Of a DNA stretch of 64,000 nucleotides, positions 1 through 12,360 are shown piece by piece. Positions within the stretch are counted from its first letter, which is position 1. Every line of letters starts with the position of its first letter. Origin of the DNA: Azolla caroliniana (Eukaryota > Plantae > Polypodiophyta); the NCBI GenBank assembly GCA_043228905.1, contig JBHGNT010000005.1:21514001-21578000 (forward strand). Reading direction: 5' to 3'. The position numbers and the translations under genes were made by a program. The notes under the pieces were generated by a model. It was not told where the DNA came from and made no database searches. It saw only the letters and a list, made by a program, of their open reading frames with translations.

Positions 1-349
1 GAAGGGATCGAGACGGACTCGAGCCTCCATCGGCGTCCCATACCACCGCCGTGGCGTCGAGTCGTACCTGGTGTTGGCGCGCTCGCAACAAGAATTGACC
101 CACCACAAGAGCAGAGTCTCGATGTAGTTAAAAAGATGATCAAATGAGGGTAGTTAGGCCTCTTATTTATAGCGATACCCAAGGCCCCCATGCAAGTTCA
201 CACTTGACCTAATGGGTTGTCTCAATCTCGAGGATTAAAAGTAATCCTCCCCTTCTTTACACTCTCGTTTAACCCTCACACTTATCCACGTGTATAGAAT
301 ACTACGGTAAATTCTCACCACGGGATATTAAATGGTCATGCCCGTAACA
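1..349 (-). mobile_element. Partial LTR of a retrotransposon inserted into copia element A (window edge)
   Basis: Ends in ...CCCGTAACA at 349 (TGTTACGGG on minus). A TATA-like TATAAATAAG lies on minus at about 162-171. Copia coding sequence resumes abruptly at 350. Confidence 0.55.
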
Positions 350-3300
350 CTTCGGGTGCTTCATTGAGGAAGAAGGTCATGTTATTGCGCGAGGGCGCAG
401 AGATGGGAGGATGTTCATCCTCGACTCTATTGACGGTGGCACCGCAATGTTTGCGAAGGGACAAAAATTTGAGTCGGACATCGACTTATGGCACAAGCGG
501 ATAGGCCACGTCAACTACTAGCGGCTTCAAGACCTGCAATGGAAACAAGTGGTGTTCGGATTGCCCAAATTTAGTGGCCGGAAGGCACAAATTTGTGAAG
601 CTTGCCAGCTTGGGAAGCAACACCGACTTCCTTTCCCCAACGAGCGGAACCGGTGCCGGAACAAGCTCGACCTGATACACTCCGATGTGTGGGGGCCGGC
701 ACAAAACGTTAGTCTTGGTGGGAGCCGATATTTCGTCTCCTTCATCGACGACTACACGCGACACACGTGGATCTAACTCATTGAGAGGAAGAGCGAAGTC
801 CTCGACTGTTTCCGGAACCTCAAAGGGTTCGTGGAAACGGAAACAGGGAGAAAGATCAGGTGCTTGTAGTTGGATGGTGGAAAAGAATACTTTTCCGGTC
901 AATTCAACGGTTATCTACAACAGATGGGAATTCGACGCGAATTCAGTTGTAGATACACGCCGGAGCAAAACGGCATGGCCGAGAAGAAAAATCGGTCAGT
1001 TGTGGAAGCGGCACGGGCAATGTTGGAGGAGAAGAGCTTGCCCAAGTTCTACTGGCCGAGGCGGTAAGGACCGCGGTATACATCCAGAACCGAATCGGAG
1101 ACAAAACGTCGGCGCACGGGCTATATTTCGGACCGAAGCCGAACTTGCGACACTTATGAGTTTTCGGTAGCATTGCGTATGTGCATGTGCCGAAGGAGAA
1201 ATGGAAGAAGCTGGACACAAAGGCCGGGAAATGTATCTTGGTCGGTTACTCGGACGAGAAGAAGGGTTATAAGTGTTATAACCCGCGCACCAAACAAGCA
1301 CGCGTGAGCCGCGACGTTGTGTTTGATGAGTCCGCGTCCTGGTACTTGCCCCCGACTCCGGATCTCAACTCCAATCTGAGCTCTGACGATGAGGCCAGCA
1401 AGACTGAGATGCCTCCGAATGAGCCTGAAATCGGGACCCGCGAAGAGTGTCCGATTTCGTTTCGGTTAAGTGGACCGAATGGATGACTGAGTCGATTCGA
1501 CCAGTCCGATGAAGAGCTGGCGAGTAGTGGAGAGTCGACCGTGCATTCCCCACGCAGGAAGCCGAGGAGACAGCTTACGCGCAAAGAGAAAGGGAAGAAG
1601 GTGTCGGATTCCGGCACGGATAGGAACGAGTTAGACCGACGCGAGTACGACTCCGAGGGAAGCGGTGATGGGTCTTCAAGAGCGAAGTCCGCGCCGGCCG
1701 AGAAGACCTCGACATCGGCTAATGATAGATTATGCCGATCTACCCGCCAGAAGAACCCAGTTGTGCAGTTTGGATACAACGAGTACAGGGCGCATCATTA
1801 TGCGTACATGACTCGTGTAGCGGGAGTGCGTGAGCCGGAGAGCTATGTAGAAGCGGCTAAGGACACGAATTGGCGCGCCGCGATGGAGGAAGAGATGCAC
1901 GCATTGGTAGAAAACGAGACCTGGGACCTGGTTGACGCATCGAAAGGTGTGAAGCCGATCAGATGTAGGTGGGTGTACAAGGTCAAGTACAACACCGAAA
2001 GCTCGGTCAACTGATACAAGGCCCGGTTAGTAGCGAAAGGCTACGCGCAGAAACATGGCATCGACTACGATGAGACGTTTGCGCCGGTCGTGAAGATGAT
2101 GACAATCCGTGTTTTGTTCGCGGTAGCTGTGGCAAAGGGGTGGCACTTACATCAGATGGATGTAAAGAATGCGTTCCTGCAAGGTGAGCTTGAGGAACAG
2201 GTGTACATGGTATAGCCTCCCGGATTTCACTCCGGAACGAACACTTCGGCGGTGTGCCGATTGAAGAAGTCCCTTTACGGACTAAAGCAAGCCCCGCATG
2301 CTTGGAACGCGAAGATCACGCATCGACTGCGTCGGATGGGCTTTGCGGCGTTAAAATCGGACTCCTCATTGTTCATCTGGAAAGGTCGACTCGGGCCGAT
2401 TAGTATTTTACTTTATGTGGATGACTTGGTCATCACCGGCGACGACCTAGGTGAAATCGACCGCGTGAAGCTCCAGCTTGCGGCATCGTTCGACATGAAG
2501 GACCTAGGGGATCTTCATTACTTCCTCGGGATCGAAGTGATACGTACCCCCGAAGGCATATTGATCAACGAACACCATTATGTGCTGAGTATGCTCTTTA
2601 AATTCGGGATGGTCGACTGTAAGTTCGTCTCGACTCCTCTGGATAGAACCGTCAAGCTTCGCCCCAACTTCGGAAAGGTATGCGACCCGAAGAGGTTCCG
2701 ACAAATTGTCGGGAGCCTTATCTACTTGACAATCACCCGACCCGATCTCAGTTATCCGGTCGGTGTGATCAGTCAGTTCATGGCACGACCTACCGAGGAG
2801 CACCTTTAGTGTGCGCAACGCGTATTGCAGTACGTAAGTGGCACTAAGGACCGGGAACTGCTATACCAGACCGGTACAGCCTCCCAGTTGGTCGGCTACA
2901 CCAATGCTGATTGGGCTGGCAACGCCGCTGATTGGGATCCACGTCCGGATACACGTTCTCTCTTGGGAGTGTCGTGATAGCGTGGAGCAGAAGAAGCAAC
3001 CGACAGTTGCATTGTCGAGCACCGAAGTTGAGTACCAAGGATCGGCTGTCGCGACGTGCGAAGCCATATGGTTGAAGCGGCTACTTAAGGACCTGCAAGA
3101 GGAGGTGTCCGATCTGACGACGATCTACTGCGATAACCTCAGCAACATCCAGCTCGCGAAGAACCCCGTTTTCCACGCACGGACCAAGCACATTGAGGTG
3201 CACTACCATTTTGTCCGTGAGCGTGTCCTGTCTGGTGAAGTCGAACTTCAATATGTTTCGACGGATCGGCAAACTACCGACATCTTCACTAAGCCCCTTG

Positions 3301-3431
3301 GTGTGGACAAGTTGCGGCAATTCTTGGGTGCGCTTGGGTTGCGTCACCTTGACATGCCAAACTTGAGGGGGAGAACAGTCTCGAAAGACGGAGCAAGGGA
3401 GCAGAAGAGGCCGAGACATCGAGTCGGATGA
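350..3431 (+). pseudogene. Copia pol (GAG-pre-integrase, integrase, RT, RNase H) with stops and frameshifts
   Basis: Motifs LWHKRIGHVN, CEACQLGKQ, IHSDVWGP, FIDDYTR, TPEQNG, LKKSLYGLKQAP, LLYVDDL, HARTKHIEVHYHFVRE. Several in-frame TAG/TGA codons. Confidence 0.93.
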
Positions 3432-3839
3432 CGAATTCGACTTCGGATCGGCTGAAGAAGGCGAGGGCGGATCCGCGGAAGAGTCCAAAGGCGGACATAA
3501 AGGGAGCAGCCGAAAGAAAGAGCCGAAGCCAACCAAGCATGGGGGAGATGACGCCGTCAAGGGCGAGAAGACCGAAGACGAGTTGGAGAGAGCCAACTCG
3601 GACGAGGGCGAAAACCGATCGGAGGTAGCCGAGTCGGTTCAAATGTTTGATTCGGATACACTAAATCAACTGAGGGTCAAGCGGAAAAGAAGGCAGAAGG
3701 AGAAGCGCCAGCACCGCGACAACAAGGGAGCTGTGAAGGGCCGTGGGAGCAGACAAGCCGACCGGAAGGGTCGAAGCACGCGGAGTCAAACAGGCCAAGG
3801 AGCGCGAGCGAGGCGTGGATCCAGGAGTAAATGGAGCGG

Positions 3840-4503
3840 TGTCGTGAAGAAAACCGTCCCCAGGCGTAAACCGTGTATAATGTGTGTGAACCGGCCCTTA
3901 CACGTGGGCACGTCCCTTGTCGTAAAGTAGATAGGTAGGCGCAAGGGTTAGATCCTAGGTAGCAATATTCTATAGGGAGAATCGAGGAGTATCTCTGTCC
4001 GAAAGGACAGAGAATTAATGTGATGTAAACGGGCAAGGCGGCCTCCCTCCTTGAGCTATAAAAGAGAGGAAGACGGGGAGAGAAGGTATCGCGCGCTAGA
4101 GGGGACGAAGTGCTGTCGGACTGGGACCGAACTCTTCTCCTCTGTCGTTCTCCATAGCTTCCTTGGCACAGGTTCTCGAGAGGCTGATCCTGCTCCGTGG
4201 AACGCCCGTGTGCTTCCGGTAGGATCTCCATCTTGCTCTCTTGTGTGCGTGGGTGATCAGGCGTCGACATCCACCTCGCGGACCTGGTCGGCGGTAACCG
4301 TTCGAGTGATCTGGATACATTTATATACATACGCTAGTGTTCTCAACTCGTGTCTCCTGTGTTGTTGGGCCGCGTCCCCGTGCACTTCTCTGTCTATACG
4401 TGTGTGAGCGTCTCTCTCTCTCTCTCTCTCTCTCACCTATTCCTCGGTCCAAGACCCTAGTGGTCCCGCCTTGTTCTCCACGCACGCGCGTAACAACGCG
4501 ACA
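3840..4503 (+). repeat. 5' LTR of gypsy A (664 bp)
   Basis: TGTCGTGAAG...ACGCGACA, a direct repeat of 10240-10907. Contains TATAAAA at about 4057 and a (CT)n tract. Confidence 0.95.
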
Positions 4504-4507
4504 TATT

Positions 4508-4525
4508 TGGTGAACCCGACGTGAA
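4508..4525 (+). promoter_or_regulatory. Primer-binding site complementary to the tRNA-Trp 3' end
   Basis: TGGTGAACCCGACGTGAA is the reverse complement of ...TTCACGTCGGGTTCACCA, the plant cytosolic tRNA-Trp 3' end as recalled. It lies 4 nt after the LTR. Confidence 0.85.
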
Positions 4526-4546
4526 CAAGCGGCAGAGGAGTAGAAG

Positions 4547-6673
4547 ATGAGGGGGTCGGACCTTGCAGAAGCCATGGCTTCGGTTGTAGACCATATAGTG
4601 AGTGCGCGCGAAGGCACCGACGCCCTTGATAGGGCTATCGAGGAGGTTGTCGGTACGATCGGCCGGTTTAGTGGGAAGGATGCCACGAGTTACTTGGCAT
4701 CCTACCGGGCTGAGATGGTAATGAGGGACATTCCGGAAGAGAGGTGTCTAGCCGTATTCCCTCGAGTGGCGATGCCGGGTATCCATACGGAGGTGCTCGA
4801 GGTACGGGCCGAGAGCCGGACCTGGAAGGAGTTCGAAGGTCGGCTTCTCGAAAGATATGGGCTTGAAGATGCGCTTCGACTTTCGAAGCGGGACTTCATG
4901 GAGTGGGTGGAGACCCCCGACAAAGGAAGGAACGCAACAGTGCTCCTTCGGGAGTTTGAGGAACGCTTCGTGCACCTCTCGGTGCTCGACCGGATCGTTT
5001 TGGACACAAGCCGTGTCCTATTGTTTGTTAAGTTGGTTGACGAGCGGGATCGGGAGCAGGTAGGTCTCCTATTGGAGATTGATGACGGGCTGATGGCCGA
5101 CTGGGCCGTGGTGAAAAGGGTCTGTGGCCGTTTCGACAAACGGCGGGAATGGGTTGATAAAGGATCGACAGGGGCAGTCTTTGTCGCAGCAAAGAAGCTT
5201 GAGCCAACACCACCAACGCGAAGGGAAGAGACCCAAGATTGGCTCGAGACCGGGTCGGCTTCAATCGGCATGGTCAAGGGCTCGTCCGGGGGAGCAGCTC
5301 TGGAGGAGCTGATGCGGATGGTAAGGGATCTCCAGATCGCCTAGGCATGGAGGGGTGGTGGCGAACAGGCCCGTGACCGACGACCTCTGGATGAAAACAG
5401 GTGCATGTGGTGTGATGCGGTTGGGCACATCCGGAAGAACTGCGGGGACTTCGCCGAGGCGATAAGAAGCAATGTGGTGTACCTGTGGAACGGTCGGGTG
5501 CACGCCAGCGAGACCCGAAGGGCCCTGAACCTGAACGTCGGGCAAGGGGGTATGAAAAGGCTGATGGAGGAGGCGGTGGCTCGTCATGCGGAGATTGTCC
5601 ACTACTCGGCGTCAGCTGGTATTCAGGTCGGAGGTAGCGAGGCCCTGAAAACGAAAAAAGCCGGGTTCTGGCCTACGATGCTAGAAGGCCTCGCCCACGC
5701 ACGGCTGAGGAAAGAAGAGGTGGACTGCGCGAAAAAACGGGTCCGGGAGGTAACCGGGTGGAGTGACCCGGTGGAAGAAAAGACGGGCTTCGTCGAAGCC
5801 GCTTGTCAAAACTACGAGGCTCTGGTGGAGGACAAGCGAGTAGGGAAAACCGGAGGGGCCGGGCCCTCGCAACGATATGAAACTCGATTCGGGCAAAGAC
5901 GGAATGAGGCCGGTGTAACCAATGCCCAGGATAATCCCAAGAGGGGCGGGTACCGGCTAGACACAGAAATCGAAAGATCCACGAACCTGCGAAAGGTCCT
6001 GGAAGAACGAATCCTCGACAGCAAGGTGGAACTGTCGTTGAGGGAAGTGCTCGGGATCGCCAAGAAGGAGTTCCACGACTCCATTGTAGACTTGGTGAAG
6101 AGGAGGAGGCTGTTGAGGGAGACAGAACCGAAGAAGCCAGTGGAGGTGCGGACGACGCACATAGAGGACATGGCGATGGAAGACGAGTTGGTGGAGAGCC
6201 ACTATTCGAGGCCGCACTGGGCCAGAGCGACCACGGAGACCCCCGTGAAGATCGGAGATGTTCATGAACTGGTGGTGGCGTTGGTGGACCACGGTTCAGA
6301 AATCAATTTGATGTCCATGGACTTCTATAAGAAGGGGAAATGGCCGATCAACACCAAGCACGGGTGGAAGATACGGGCAGCGACGCGTGCCACCGAAGAA
6401 CTTCATGGAGCCTGCCCGAATGTACGAGTAAAGATCGGCGATGTCGAGATTGACCAACACTTCTTCGTGCAGGAGACGTCCTCACATCCGGTTATACTAG
6501 GAGAACCATACATCACGGTAGCACGGATGGAGACCAAGGTGTTGGACAACGGCTCGGCCTATGCAAGGGTCAAGAATCAGGATGGGCGTCACTCGGTCCA
6601 GTTCCTGACGGTGAGACCGAACCATGAGAGGAACCGCGAGACCCTCGGGGGCGAAAGCCAGGAGGATTTTTGA
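4547..6673 (+). pseudogene. Gypsy A ORF1: gag (CCHC zinc knuckle) plus aspartic protease, with one internal TAG
   Basis: CMWCDAVGHIRKNC knuckle and ALVDHGSEINLM protease motif. The 4547 and 5405 ORFs are in the same frame, separated by TAG at 5342-5344. Confidence 0.85.
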
Positions 6674-6730
6674 AGAGGGCTATCAAGGTGTGGGGCCGCG
6701 ATAGTCCGGACACTCCGGGAAAACCCCACA
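6664..6730 (+). promoter_or_regulatory. Putative -1 programmed ribosomal frameshift signal (G_GAT_TTT plus H-type pseudoknot)
   Basis: Heptamer at 6664-6670 immediately before the ORF1 stop; ORF2 is in the -1 frame. Stem1 GGGCTATC (6677-6684) pairs with GATAGTCC (6700-6707). Stem2 TGTGGGG (6689-6695) pairs with CCCCACA (6724-6730). Confidence 0.72.
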
Positions 6731-9700
6731 AGTGTATGATAGCGAGGAAGACCTGTGCTATAAGTAGGGAATTTTGGTTCTCCGACAACGGAGGGTGTAC
6801 GATAGTAGACGTTGTTGGCCGGAAGAAGAGAAGGGCGGAGGAGCGACTTCGGGCATGTGGCGCCCTCGACCTCGGAGAGGAAATCAACGGAGCCGTGGAG
6901 ACGGTCTCTTTCGACGATACCTTGGGGGAGCTGCGGGAGGTAGTCGGAGGAGTCCTTAAAGAGGACTGGGCGATTCCGGTATGTTCGGAAAGGATGTACG
7001 AAGTCATCGCGGACTTCAGTAGAGGGCTCGAGTCAGATCGGACAGCCCGGGTGGACACGAGGTACAAGACTGTGGACCGGAAGGTGAGGCCAGTTGCGGC
7101 TCCCTTGCCGGAGGACAGCGAGTTGCGAATAAAAGGGGTTGCGTCGGACCCGAGTTTACAAAATCCAGCCCGCATAGGACACACGTTCACCGACATAACG
7201 CTACGGGAGCTCAAGGTCGGTGGGGGCGGCTTCCTATTGCCGGCGGAGGAGGACCGGTGTCGGAGAATGCTCGAAAGGCACGGGAAGGCTTTCGCGTTCT
7301 CACCGGAGGAGATCGGGTGCGTAGACCCGACAATCGTGGAACCGATGGTGATATTCACGGTACCGCATGTGCCGTGGAGTCTCAAACCAATTCCAGTACC
7401 CAGAGCTCACATCCCGAAGCTGATGCAGCTATTAAAGCAGAAGGTCGAGATGGGAATCCTCGAACCGTCGAGTGCCCCATACTCGAATCGGTGGTTTACC
7501 GTGCCAAAGAAGGACGGCATGCTGCGCTTTATTCAAGACTTGCAGCCGGTCAACAAGGTGACCATTCAAAACATCAGGAATCGGACCGACAATAGACGAG
7601 TTCGCGGAGGCCTTCGCTGGAAGGTCGATTTACTCGGTCGGTGATCTCTACTCGGGGTACGATCAGTTCCAGCTTGCCATAGAGAGCAAAGACATCACGA
7701 CAATGCGAACTCCTCTCGGCCTAGTACGGATGTGTACCCTGCCGCAAGGAGGGACGAATTTGGTGGCTCACATGGTGAACGCAACGAACAAGGTGTTGAG
7801 GGATTGTATCCCGGACATCACCACACCATTTTTGGACGACGTCCCGATCAGAGGATGCCCGGTGGAGGAAAGGGACGAGACAATCGGACCGGACAGGTGC
7901 CGGAAATTCGTGGCGACACACATCGATGACTGTGAGAAGGTGCTACAGAGGTTGGAGGGCGTGAGGCTCACCTTCTCCGGGGGAAAATTGGCCTTCGGGC
8001 AAGTAGAGATCATGGTCGTCGGGCACCTATGCGGGTCGTACGTACGGCCGGAAACCGTCTCCGGCTAAGGTAGAAGCCATCTCCGCGATGAAGGACGACT
8101 ATAGCTCGGTCACAGAGGTTCGGAGGTTCTTAGGAGCGTGCGCGTTCTACCACATATGGATCCCGCATTACGCTCACGTCGCGGAGCCGTTATATGGGTT
8201 GCTGAAAAAGGGGCGAAGATTCGAGTGGAAAGACGAGCATACGGAGTCTGTCCGGAAGATGAAGGAGGCACTTGCCGCGGCTCCGGCGCTCCGAAAGGCT
8301 GTCTACGAAAAGAGCACTCCAATTTACGTAACGGTAGACACGAGTCCGACCGGGATCGGATGGGTTGTCAACCAGGAGGACGAGGACGGCATGCGTTTCC
8401 TGATCCGGTTCGGCGCGAAGGTCCTCAGCGAGCGACAACGAGGATACGCCCAGGTTAAACGCGAGCTCTGGGGTATCGTTTCGGCGGTAAAGGCCGATAA
8501 AGACTACCTGATTGGGGCAGAGGTAATTATCGAGACGGACTGCCTGCCAATTCTTGGCATGGTTTCCGGATGCACGACGCCGGACCTGGCAATGCTCAGG
8601 TGGATAGCGTACATCAAGTCCCTGAATCCGGAAATACGACACATCTCCGGGAAAGACAACGCCATGGCCGACATGCTTTCAAGGGCGAGGTTCGAAAACG
8701 ACGGCGGCATGGTTTCAGAGGACGAGGAAGTCGGCATGGACTTCTTCGAGGCGGCTTACATGACAACCAACGGGGAATGCTCTCCGACGCTTAACGACTT
8801 CAACGAGAGCAAGTACGACGGGGAGTGGCTGCAGATCGGCGGGTTCCTGAAAACAATGACACCGGATGCAGCATGGACAACGGACGAGGCCAACCGGATT
8901 CGGAAGAAAGCCTACCGATTCTTTCTCCGGGACGGATACATCTGGAAGCACCCGAAGAAGAGGAACGACATCCCGCTCCGAGTGGTGGTGAAGAAGGAGG
9001 AACAAGAGGATTTGCTAGCGGCGTACCACGATAGCCCATGGGCTGGACACCGTGGAACGTGGGCCACGTTCGAAAAGCTAAAGGGGAAGTACTGGTGGTC
9101 GGGACTATACCGGGACATGCATCGGTTCGTGACGACTTGCGAAAGTTGCCAGATGCACTCCATGATCCGACATCGGGATGACCTTCACCCGACCTACCCT
9201 CCGACCGTCCACTTCAAGTGGATGGTGGATTTGGTGACGATGCCAATGGGGGTAGGACAGATGCGGTATCTGGTGCTGGCTCGGGAAGATCTAACGAACT
9301 AGGTTGAAGGCCGAGCCCTGCAGAACAAGACGACGGCAGTCGTGTGCCGGTTTTTGATTGAGGACGTAGTATGCCGATACGGGTGCGTAGGGAAGATCGT
9401 GGCTGACCGTCGCGAGTTGGACGCAGAAGAAGCCGAAGAGTTGTTCGACCGGCTAGGAGTCAAACTTTCGCTCACCACAGCATACAATCCGGAGGCGAAC
9501 GGGAAGGTGGAGCGCAGACACGGGCCAATTGTCAAAGCACTAGTACGGGCGTGCGGAGGCCGAGTCGGGGACTGGCCACGACTGCTACCTTATGCCTTGT
9601 GGGCGGACCGGACTACGCACAGTTCAGTAACTGGGTTCATGTTGGCCGAGCTGATGTTCGGACAGAAGCCGATCATGCCAACAGAGCGAACGATCTCCTC

Positions 9701-10163
9701 GTGGGCCACGGTGGACTGGAGGGATGAGATGAGCCGGGAGGAACCGTTGGCGGCGCGGATTCGACAGCTCGAGCGGAGGCCGGAGGACGTAGAGCGAGCC
9801 GTGGAGAAACTTTGAGTAGCGAGGATAAGGAACAAAGCCCTGTTCGACCGAACACACCGGTCCAGGTCAAGGAAGATCGAGGAAGGCGACTGGGTGTTAG
9901 TCTACGACAACAGCCTCGACAATCAGCACAGGGCCACGCGGAAGTTTGCGAGGAGGTGGTTCGGGCCTTACGTAGTAACAGGCGCCAACGACAATGGGAC
10001 GTACCATCTCGCGGAGCTCGACGGTACGAGAATGGCGATACCGGTAGCGGGGAAGAGGATCAAAGCGTTCAAGAAACGGCACGACGGGGAGTCGGGGCTC
10101 GGAGGCATGGACAGCGACGACGAGCAGCCCGAGGCGGAGGATGAACTGGTAAACGAGGAATAA
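6670..10163 (+). pseudogene. Gypsy A ORF2: RT-RNase H-integrase, disrupted
   Basis: YKTVDRKVRPV linker, RWFTVPKKDG, LPQGGTN, PFLDD, RFLGAC, YVTVDTS, ELWGI, GHRG..CESCQ, WMVDL, YNPEANGKVE, WFGPY. Frameshifts near 7580 and 8045 and stops. Confidence 0.9.
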
Positions 10164-10239
10164 AAGCAAGGATCGGTTTTCTCTCGTAGGAACCCAATTT
10201 TGGCGCATACCGGTGGATGCGCGGTTAGGTGGGGGCGGA

Positions 10240-10807
10240 TGTCGTGAAGAAAACCGTCCCCAGGCGCAAACCGTGTATAATGTGTGTGAACCGGCCCTTA
10301 CACGTGGGCACGTCCCTTGTCGTAAAGTAGATAGGTAGGCGCAAGGGTTAGATCCTAGGTAGCAATATTCTATAGGGAGAATCGAGGAGTATCTCTGTCC
10401 GAAAGGACAGAGAATTAATGTGATGTAAACGGGCAAGGCGGCCTCCCTCCTTGAGCTATAAAAGAGAGGGAGACGGGGAGAGAAGGTATCGCGCGCTAGA
10501 GGGGATGAAGTGTTGTCGGACTGGGACCGAACTCTTCTCCTCTGTCGTTCTCCATAGCTTCCTTGGCACAGGTTCTCGAGAGGCTGATCCTGCTCCGTGG
10601 AACGCCCGTGTGCTTCCGGCAGGATCTCCATCTTGCTCTCCTGTGTGCGTGGGTGATCAGGCTTCGGCATCCACCTCGCCGACCTGGTCGGCTGTAACCG
10701 TTCGAGTGATCTGTGTACATTTATATACATACGCTAGTGTTCTCAACTCGTGTCTCCTGTGTTGTTGGGCCGTGTCCCCGTGCACTTCTCTGTCTATACG
10801 TGTGTGA

Positions 10808-10841
<34 letters not shown>

Positions 10842-10907
10842 TATTCCTCGGTCCAAGACCCTAGTGGTCCCGCCTTGTTCTCCACGCACGCGCGTAACAA
10901 CGCGACA
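10240..10907 (+). repeat. 3' LTR of gypsy A (668 bp)
   Basis: Direct repeat of 3840-4503. Confidence 0.95.
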
Positions 10908-10957
10908 ACGGTGACCCAAAAGATCCCGAAGAGCCTCAAGTTGAGCTTGAGGGGGAG

Positions 10958-11348
10958 TGTTGAGAGACAAGCTCAACATCGGCTGGATCGGTTGAGCAAA
11001 CCGAGGACCGGATCGGTTGGGACCGATCGGTTAGGCCGGATCGGTGCAGAAACCGTGAGGCCATCGGAAAGATATTCCGCAAGGAATATATTTGGGAGTT
11101 ACTGTAGGGGCTCCTTAATGAGCTTTGAAGTACTGTCAGTACTTCTGTCAATCCGAAAACGACTTGTTTAAAAGTGTTCATTGAACACACACGATGTACA
11201 AATTGAGTATTATTTTGAATATAGTTCTGGTTTTTACTCTCTCTCTCTCTGTCTCTCCCGTGCGTACTGTGCAAACTTGAGCTTTCCATTAAACTTGCAT
11301 TTTTTGTCGGTCGGTTTCCTGTATTGCTTCCGCACGCCATTCTTTTCA
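10958..11348 (+). repeat. 3' LTR of copia A
   Basis: Starts TGTTGAG right after the PPT and ends TTTCA. Homologous to the LTR at 53431-53905 (shared TGTTGAG..CAAGCTCAAC start and ATGAGC..TGAAGTAC..AGTACTTCTGT core). Confidence 0.82.
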
Positions 11349-12040
11349 AAAAGTATTTGTATGAGTACAAAAGGCTTATCTAAAGTAAGAGAAGAATATG
11401 ATAAGTTGCTCAACAACGTCTCCAAATGCAAGAGAAAGCACATACATGTGCTAAATTTTGGGGAAATGTAAAGGGTAAACGTGTTGAAAGTTATGGTGAC
11501 TTAACTATTGTTGACTTGTTTATGCATTGTAAGAATTTATATGAGCTATCTCTTGCCTAAAAGATGATGTGTTTTGTTTCTCTTTCACATATAACTCCCT
11601 TCTTTACAATTGAAGATATATGCATAGGGCTTAAGAAATTGGCCTCATGAAAGATAAGCGATCTTCAATGTATAAAGGTTGAAATGCTCAAATGGACGGG
11701 AAAGGAAGCACTTGCATGGATGAGATATATGTTTAATCATGCATTACAACATGGTATGTCATATGATTAGACTACAAATTAGATCAAACATTTACATAAA
11801 CTTGGCGGAGATGTAAAATAATGTAAATAACTATCGAACCATCATGGTTGGCTCGTTAATGCATTTGGTGTATAATGGAATCAAAGATAAGTGCATGGGC
11901 TGAAAAAAATGGAAAGAGAGCTTACATTGACAAGTTGGCTTTCGGAAACACCATAACACCATTGAGCACATTGTCACTCTTTAAGTATTAATGTAAGAAA
12001 GTCGCCTTAGAAGTAAAGGTTTATATTGTTGCATTAGAAA
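11349..12040 (+). mobile_element. LINE (RTE-like) fragment, decayed RT region
   Basis: Nearly identical to 37703-38401. Encodes NNYRTIMVG..GFRKHH..KGLYCC RT N-terminal motifs with stops. Confidence 0.8.
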
Positions 12041-12054
12041 CTATGATCTTAGAG

Positions 12055-12360
12055 AAAACAGAGTAACCCCTGTTTCTTCACCTGGAAGTGAAATGTTTTC
12101 AAGTGTTATTTAAAGAAGGACAATTTCTTGAATATGAGAAAGAGAATGAGAAGATGTTAATTAGAATCTTTCTTCTTTTCCTGTATTTTCTAAAGGGGAT
12201 ACTCAGTTTCACTTGGTGAAGAAACAGAGTAGCCCCTGGTTCTTCAGCAAGTGAAACTTTTTCAAGTGTTATTAAAGAGGGGCAACTTCTTGAATATGAG
12301 AAAGAGAATGAGAACATGTTAATTACAATCTTTCTTCTTTTCCTGTATTTTCTGAAGGGA
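12055..12360. repeat. Tandem duplication, two units of about 165 bp
   Basis: AAACAGAGTA.CCCCTG...TTCTTGAATATGAGAAAGAGAATGAGAA.ATGTTAATTA...TTTTCCTGTATTTTCT occurs at about 12055 and about 12221. Confidence 0.8.

Larger units (their letters stand above)
3840..10907 (+). mobile_element. Full-length Ty3/gypsy non-chromovirus LTR retrotransposon A (Phygy-like), about 7.07 kb
   Basis: Two TG..CA LTRs (3840-4503 and 10240-10907) differing at roughly 14 substitutions plus (CT)n length by eye. tRNA-Trp PBS. PPT-like AGGTGGGGGCGGA at 10227-10239. Probable 4-bp TSD GCGG/ACGG. Gag-PR and RT-RH-INT ORFs, no chromodomain. Lineage name is an inference. Confidence 0.93.
350..11348 (+). mobile_element. Ty1/copia LTR retrotransposon A (5' part outside window), interrupted by gypsy element A at 3840-10907
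   Basis: INT-RT-RH domain order. PPT TTGAGGGGGAG at 10947-10957. 3' LTR TGTTGAG...TTTTCA at 10958-11348, followed by AAAAG and LINE sequence. Confidence 0.9.

Noticed and set aside
5342-5344. In-frame TAG within gypsy A gag as a programmed readthrough site
   Set aside because: It lies upstream of the zinc knuckle and lacks a recognisable readthrough context; a CAG>TAG decay like other stops in the element is more likely.
9897-10730. 277-aa minus-strand ORF (and the 217-aa twin at 3677-4330)
   Set aside because: Antisense through the GC-rich LTR with no recognisable motifs; the duplication only reflects LTR identity.
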